64,000 bases of DNA, taken from positions 7,359,446-7,423,445 of the forward strand of contig CM119269.1 in assembly GCA_051294375.1 (NCBI GenBank), given 5' to 3'. This DNA comes from Paraspadella gotoi (Eukaryota; Animalia; Chaetognatha). A program made the translations under genes and the position numbers. Below are positions 53,101 to 61,100 of this stretch, in pieces. Each line of letters opens with the position of its first letter. Positions within the stretch are counted from its first letter, which is position 1. The notes under the pieces are model-generated. The model ran no database searches and was not told the origin of the DNA. It saw nothing but the letters and a program-made list of their open reading frames with translations.

Positions 53101-55158
53101 TAAAACAAAAAATGCTTTTTGAAATACAACCTTGAAAATAAGGAATAGTAAATGAAGTTTCCCACGATTTAAAGGAATTATCGCCATTTTTTGTTATGTA
53201 TACATAAGGTAAATATTTATGTTCCCTTTGTTTAGGTTTGTCTTCAGTTTCTCTAATATGATTAAAAACTATATCGTAAGAACTATCATAAGACAAAGTC
53301 ACAGCAAAAATTAACAAATTACAAAAAATCATCAAAAAGTTTTGAATCCAATAACAACTGTTTGCCTTTGGAACATGGTCATTAAATTTGAGAAAAGCTG
53401 AGTTTATGATAAATTTTAATTGGGTTATTGTAAAAACTCTTAGATCAAAATTGGAGTAATAGCGACGATCCAAAATGATATCTTCAATGCGTAAGAAGAA
53501 ATCAAATACAAACACAGAGAAATACCAACCATTCCTTGCAAACAACCAAAGAAGAAGCTGACCCTTTTTTTTTTACCATTCAAATCGGAGGACCTTAGGT
53601 TTGATGATGTCGTGATTAGGGTTATATTTGATAGTAAAAGAGACACAATTGGAAAATATTCCTTAATTCTCCATTCACAGACAAACTTTGACGTATTTAG
53701 AGAGTACCCAATTTTATGACACCAACAGTTTAAGCTTGTATTTTGTAAAGTCTCATTTTCTGCCTGATAATATACCACTCCTTTCACGGGTCTCCGCAAA
53801 TACGTTTGGGATAAAACCTTATCATCAACAAAACATTGCTCATCATTGATAAAAATCATGTTGTACAGAAGTGATGCTGTTTGCAAAAGCATTTGAAGAA
53901 ATGACTCCATCACAACATGAATGATATTTAAAACAAATAAAATGTTTTCTTTATAAATTATCAATTTTTTTGGTACAGTTTCTTTTGTCAATTTTAAATC
54001 ATATAATATCGGCACTGATCCGAGTCCAACACAAAAAAATAACCCGGTTACCAGTTTTTGAAATTGTGTTTTCCATATTTTGAAAAAATGATTTTCATAA
54101 TTTTTCAAAATAACCAATCCATAAAGCAATGATACAAAGTTATGAATTAGCATAACAGCGCAAAATGCTAACCCAAACAAGATTAAAGTGTAATCTTTTG
54201 ATGTTAAATGATCAATTATCGTCTTGAAGTCTGTAACCAAATCTGCAACTCCAAGAATAATCATGAAAACAACATCCTTTGATCCCGAATTCACCATTTT
54301 TGTCAATTAGAGATTTGTAATTCTTTGTATTTTTGTCTTTTATCATTTAATTATTTTTCTCCTTTTACTGTTTCTCTTCTACTTCTTGGTTTATTTTCTA
54401 CTTCTCATTCCCCATAAGAACCGAAATTAAAATGTTGTGTTGCGCCGCAGTGATTTTGTCAGCCCATGTATTTCCGTGTATTTTCGACACCGGACACGTA
54501 CTGCATTGAAATAATATCATTTATTTTTTCTTTTCCTTCCTCCCCTTCTCCTTTTTCTTTATTTTCTTATTAACCTTTTCTTTTTTTTTTCCTTTCCTCC
54601 TACCTCTTTCCAGACGGTAAATGTCAAATCAAAGCCCAAAAGCGACACCTGCGAATAATATGTTAAATGTGATGGCAGAAAATGTTTCAACATACAAAAA
54701 AAAATGACAAAAAAATTAAATATTGTATTATCCCATTTAATCAATTTCACAAATATAGTGTAAAAAGATATAAAATTAATTAAAATAATAAAGAAATTAA
54801 GATTGAGTCAAAAATATTTGATCTGCCCATTGCAGATTCCGGCTTTAGTATTCATTATGTCGGTCTGACGGTCACCTCCCATAGTTTGATCCGTCATTCA
54901 CATCGAAAATTTTACGCAAAAAAAAAACGGTGTCCTTCCGTCAGTCCACTTATCCATATCTCCGTCCGTATGTCCGTCCGTATGTCCGTCCGTCCGTATG
55001 TCCGTCCGTCCGTATGTCCGTCCGACCGTCATATATTATTATGTAGGGCAATTTCGATTACGAAATCGCATCTGGCAAAACGTCGTTGCAGTTTCTGCGC
55101 AAAATGTCAGGTGAATATGTGCGGAGAGTTCGGTGACTGGGCCTTCGTTTAATTAGCT

Positions 55159-55199
<41 letters not shown>

Positions 55200-58100
55200 A
55201 CATGTAGAGTGTAGACTAGTAGAGTGGCAATAAAAGTTAATAATGAGAACAGAGAGACATCAAATTCAAAAGAGCAACAGAGGGCTAAGCCTTGGACCCT
55301 TTCCCCCAAAATGAACTTCAAACGAGTTTTTTTCATATTTTTAGTAGGGGGTTCTCGGAAGCTCACAGCCAGGAGTGATCCAGCTCTGTGATCAGCCAAT
55401 TGAATAGTGAATTAGAATATACAGTTTTTATACACTCCTGTGCAAAAAAACGAGCCACTTTATAACTTTAAATTCCAGACACTTTTTAAAAATAATATTA
55501 AAAATTATATAAAAAAAATGAATGTTTAAATTTTATTATAATCGGTCAAGTGGTTTAAGAGATATGATTTTTTTAATGTGTATTCCAAAATCAGATGGGA
55601 AAACCGTTTTTTATCTAAAAGCTTTAAAATCATAGACCTATCTTTTATTGTATATTTCAATAAGCTTATGATTATTATTTAGGGATCTGGGGCAATCCAG
55701 TTATCCAGCTATCCCTCCGGATGTCCAGTATAATTTTTTTTCATTTTTAATCAACCATAAGGAATATAAAATATTACAAAAAAAGTTAGTCTTAAATCTG
55801 TGGTAGAGTACTTTATTTAAAAAATCGCTGCTCCTAAATAGATGACCCAATTTTAATAAAATTTATGCTAAACTTATTATTCTTCAATAAACTTTAATTT
55901 ACTTTGTTTTTTAAATTTAAGTATATATGATCATTTTTAAAGTCTGAAATAAAGTGGCGCGATTTTTTTGCACATGACTGTATATTTAAGGGAAGATAGC
56001 TCATATATTAAATAAATGGATGATTTTTATATTGGTTGTACCAATTTCATAAAATTCAGCTTCTTATATTAGCGGTGGCCGACCAAATTAAAATTTTAAT
56101 GGGAACAGCATTAAACTAATCCATTATTGGTATTAATTATTTAGTTAAAATATTTTTTTCAAAACTGTTCCGAACCATGAGTAATTCGCTAATTAAAATA
56201 TTTTACATTTTTTTAATAGATTCTGATAGAGCCCAAAAAGTTAAGCAAAAAAATGTAATATAACTTTTTTAAAATTTTAATGTTTTTTTACTGAAAATTA
56301 GTAAAAACTATGAAAATCATCGGATGATAACGATGATGATCTTTTAAGGTTTTTCCCAATTATCATCAAAATATTGAAAAAAGAATTATACTTTGTGTAG
56401 ACAACTTTTCATAAGCTATCTGAATCTGCTTTTAAAAATACAAAATTCAAAAAAATGTTTTGATATTTCCTATCTATAAATAAATAATAAGAAAATAATT
56501 ACTAGCGCTTCTTGCCATTTTAGAAAATTTTGGACCATTGTAATTTTTTTCAGAAATGTCTGGAGTTTCATTTGGGAAGGTTCACAAATCAAACTTCTGA
56601 CCCACCCCAATGACAAAGATTGGCCCTAATTATATTTTGATGCCGCTACGGAGTACAATATAGTATTCCCCGATCTAATACTTAAGGTACATACAATTTC
56701 ATACAATTGAAACATTCTTTGAAATATTATGCTACTTCAATGATTGGGAAGCCAAGCACTCTGGGAGTGAATAAAGGACACAGTGATAGAGTCTCGATTG
56801 AAAGCTTGAAGGGACCTGATATGTCATTACCCTGTAAGACTGATGGAGGCCGATCTGTTCGACGCTGTCATACCCACTCCACCGTCAACATCGGTTCGTC
56901 GCCATATTGCTGAGAAGCCCTTTGGTTTCCCGAAAAATCTCCGCAGCGCCAGAGCCAAAGCTTCGATCGAGAATAGGTGGGAATGAGAGGATCGAAGTCT
57001 GGATAGTTGGGCGTTGCAACGGTCGACGAAGATCGAGAGCATTCGACGTCTGGCGATGTCAATGTTACGTTGCTGCATTTGACCGAATGTAGATGGAGTC
57101 GGGAATGATTTATTTATCGTAATTCCGAGAAAAAAAAAAGGGAAAAATGAAGGTGTTATGGTGAACTAAAATCCACCAACCGTTCATCAGCGGCTATTGG
57201 TGCAGGAAGCAAGTCATTCGCCGGGGTTCTAGCACGGCGGCCGCATAACAGTTGAAGAGGGACCGGGACCGCTTATCCCGTCTGTGACATCCAAAGCTCA
57301 TGAACTGATTGTATTGAACCCTTCTGTCACTAACTCAAAACAAGGATTTCTGTCTCTTTAGTGGTTTGATAGATCACGTGACTTCTAAGAACAATTTTTC
57401 TGGGTCACGACTAAAGGAACTTTAGTAAAGGAGTCTTGCTTAACTATATATAGCCAGGAATATTTTATAATTTTATGTAAACACAAATTAATCAAAACCC
57501 TTCTTGCCCCCCCCCTCCACACTCTTGCCCCCCAAAACAAAGCGCCCGCAAGAATCCGTGGGGTTCCCTTTCCTACGCGGACCTCATCACACGCGCCATC
57601 TCATCCTCAACCGAGCGACGACTTACCCTCGCGCAGATCTACAAGTGGGTCGTCAGATACGTCCCTTTCTTCCGGGACAAGGCCGGGGCCAACGAGTCCG
57701 CCGGCTGGAAGGTGAGTTGCGGAAAATATTTAGTTGGGAAGAGGGTAAAGTTGGAGAGCTGAAAGTGAGTTACGTGAAAGAGAGAACCTACATTTTTTCT
57801 CTGACTTACATGGTGACAATTTTACAAGCGCCGGTAAAAAAAAGGCTGTCATTTGCAAACCAGTGGTTAGTTCATTGATTCATTTTCTTACTCACTTTTT
57901 TATATTTAATTTTTTTTCTTACTTTCAGTAAGTTTTCTGAAGAAATTTGAAATAGAATAATATTAATTATATTATCTTCTGAAAGCCCTTTCAAATCTAA
58001 AGAGAATAACATACTTGCAAATACTGTAGTATAAAATTTAACCGGCCCAGCTTAAATTTAATTAGGATACTCAAAAATAATACATCTTTCCAAAAATCAA

Positions 58101-61100
58101 TAGCTGGAGGGTAAATTTAAGATTTTTATCAAATTGTGATTAGCTATCTTAAATCTATTTTTTCAGGCTCTTTCATGATACTTATATAAATAATAATATT
58201 TTATGTTATAATAATTTAAACAGGTCATATATTTTAAAAAAGATTTGAAATTTTAGATAATTAACTTTTGACTCTCTTAATTGAACCAAGGCTGGGCCGC
58301 TTAATTTTTATGTTGGAACAAAAAATATAGATCGCCCTTTTGAGCTGGTAGTTAGGCCTCATACTCTAAGTAATCATGCATCCTCATTTCAATCAGCTCT
58401 CTCACAGTCTCGTTATTCATCAGGTACTGCTTCCTATCGAGGAAATATTAAGATTTAGAGTTTGTAAGTATATGCTTTAATTCTAGATATTAATATTAAT
58501 ACTTAATAAATACTTTGTTTAAAAAAGAGCTAAAAGTTGAAAAAAAAATCTAATTTAAAAACAGTGAGTTGGAAAATGAAACCCGATTTTACAAGCCAAC
58601 TTTCTCCACTCATTGCCAAGGCATATCTTAACTGATCAATATAAAATTTGAACACATAAATGACTTTAATATATTCTACTAAACTAATTTTTAAAATCAA
58701 TTAAATAACCACTGGTTTGCAAATGACAGCGTATTTCTACCGGCGCTTGTAAAATTGTCACCATGTGTATTGGATAGTCATTTCCAGCTTTTTAAAGCTT
58801 TCAAAAATAGGAAGGAAAATAATAAAATCGGATTTGCATCATTATTACTGATGTTTCTTAATACCATTTTCTCCCTATTTTTATATGTGTATGTTTCGAA
58901 GCCTTTAAAGGCCTTTCTATAACCTTTATCTCATTCAATCTCGATTCTACCGTAATACAAACGTTTTGAATAGCTTCAAATTTATCAAAAAAATCACGAT
59001 TTAAAATTGTCATTCAGCGGTCATTGCACTTAAACAACTTCCAACACCGCACTATGCAAATTAAATTAAAGAGAAAACAATCTCTCTCGACTCAGAATTC
59101 TATCCGGCACAACCTCTCACTCCACTCCCGCTTCGTTCGCTGCCCGAGCGAGGGCGCTGGGAAATCCTCCTGGTGGACGATCGATCCGACGGCACCGACG
59201 ACGAAGACGCCGCGCCGCCGCGCCGCCACGGCAGATGCCGATTCCATCGCCGAGAAGAGGGCGAAAGTGAAAAGGAAGGTAAGGTCAAGGAACGATTTAA
59301 TGATAAATGAATTAATGAATGAATAAATGAATTAATGAATAAATGAATGAATGAAGAATAGAGAAATGAATTTATGAATGACCGAATAAATGAAAATAAG
59401 CGCATGAACTAATAAATGAATGGATGAATTAACGAATAAACTGAGCAGTGGAAAAAATGAATATAACCGAATGAAAATATTTTGATCGATTAATTATTTT
59501 AATAAAAGAGTGGATGAATAAAATGAGTAAACAAATAAATAAAATTTTCTCACGCCAGGTGGACGCGCTTCGTCGACGAAACGCTTCCGGCTCCAACCCC
59601 TCCCCTGACCCTTCCGGACCGCGTTGGCACCCTCCGCCCCATCCGCCCCCTCCCTCTCTTAACTTGACGATGAACTCTTCCCCTCCTCGCGGCGCCGAAA
59701 CTGAACCGCGCCGCGATTCCGATTCCGTAGTAACGGCGCCGAAACTAGAAAATCCGGCGCCGGATGATATTTCCTTCCTCGCGTCCTCGGTCTTCGAATC
59801 CGCGTCTGCTCGGCCGGCGTCGGAAATCGGCGTTCGGCCACGCCCACTCACGCTGTCCCTCGATCGTCCCGCGATCGACCGTCATCGGACCTTGATCGCT
59901 TCCTCCGACCTACGCTGCCCGACACGAACGTCCTCTGCCCGAACTTCCAGCCCGCCCTCCGACCGACGAAACCTCGCCGACGCCGCGTTCGATCCTCTTA
60001 CCGACATTTCCATGGCCGACACGCCGACGACGTCGATCGCGTGGCCCCGCCTCCTCTCCTCCAACGTTAGACTTATTCCTTTGAGTCACGAAGGGAATTT
60101 TCAAAATCTCTCTTCCGCGGGTGAAATTAAGATGGGGGCCGGCTGGGGGAGGGGGGGTTTAAGTTTAGTTTGTAAATTAATCTATTAGTTTTTAAAGAGA
60201 TCGTATGGTGGACTAAAATCCACCAACCGTTCGTCAGCGGCCATTGGTGCCGGAGGCAAGTCATTCGCCTCCCAACCCAAAGGTCCGGGGTTCTCGCCCG
60301 GTGGTCGTCTGGCAGTTAAGAGGTACGGGGCGCTTAATCCGCCTGTAACACGGTGTTACAGCCTGATCCGAAGCTCAGGGACTGTCATTAACCATATGAA
60401 TAGTTACTGTCTCTTCAATCGTTTTGTCTCTGTTTTCTATTCTTTCTAAAACGCTTTAGAAAAATGTAACAACAATTCAAGGTGAGACAAAACAATAATA
60501 AACGACTCAAGGTCAGTTGAGTTGGGTCAAATAAGTTGACCCACGGAACGGTAAAGTGTTGAGTTTTCGTCGCCGTCGTCGTTGTTGTTGTAGTTGCCAT
60601 GTTCAGCTACAATTCTTTTAGATTCCTGATACATTTACATAATACAACCTGTATGCATAGAGTTTTGTGTTTACATACAGATATTGATCTGGCGCTTTCA
60701 CATCTTGAGGCCTCTCTAGCAGCCATTGAACGTGTTCTGAGCTTAGGGGATGGTCGCTACAGCCCCTAGGCGGTTTACTGCCCTCGTATTGAACCCGGTA
60801 ACCAGTGGTCAGGAGCCTCAAGAAGCCACCAGATAACGATAAGGGATCTGTTGGCATTGTGAATTCCCGCTAGATATTGTACAATACAAATGTCTAATAT
60901 TATACTGTTACTATCTCAGCCAAAACCTCCAGCGAGACCAGACCCAGTACTTCCAACACGCCGTCCGAAGGAGAAAGAAGAGAACACGGACCTCCACCTG
61001 ACCATTCGAATTTCCATGACAACGAGAAAAAGGTTGTTTCTTCGTCTATTATACAATCATAATTTTTTTTATTATTATTTTTTTATCATTATTTTTTATT

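Noticed and set aside
60237-60308. Functional tRNA-Gly gene
   Set aside because: Anticodon stem and T-loop are defective, there is no oligo-T terminator, and it is embedded in a dispersed repeat.
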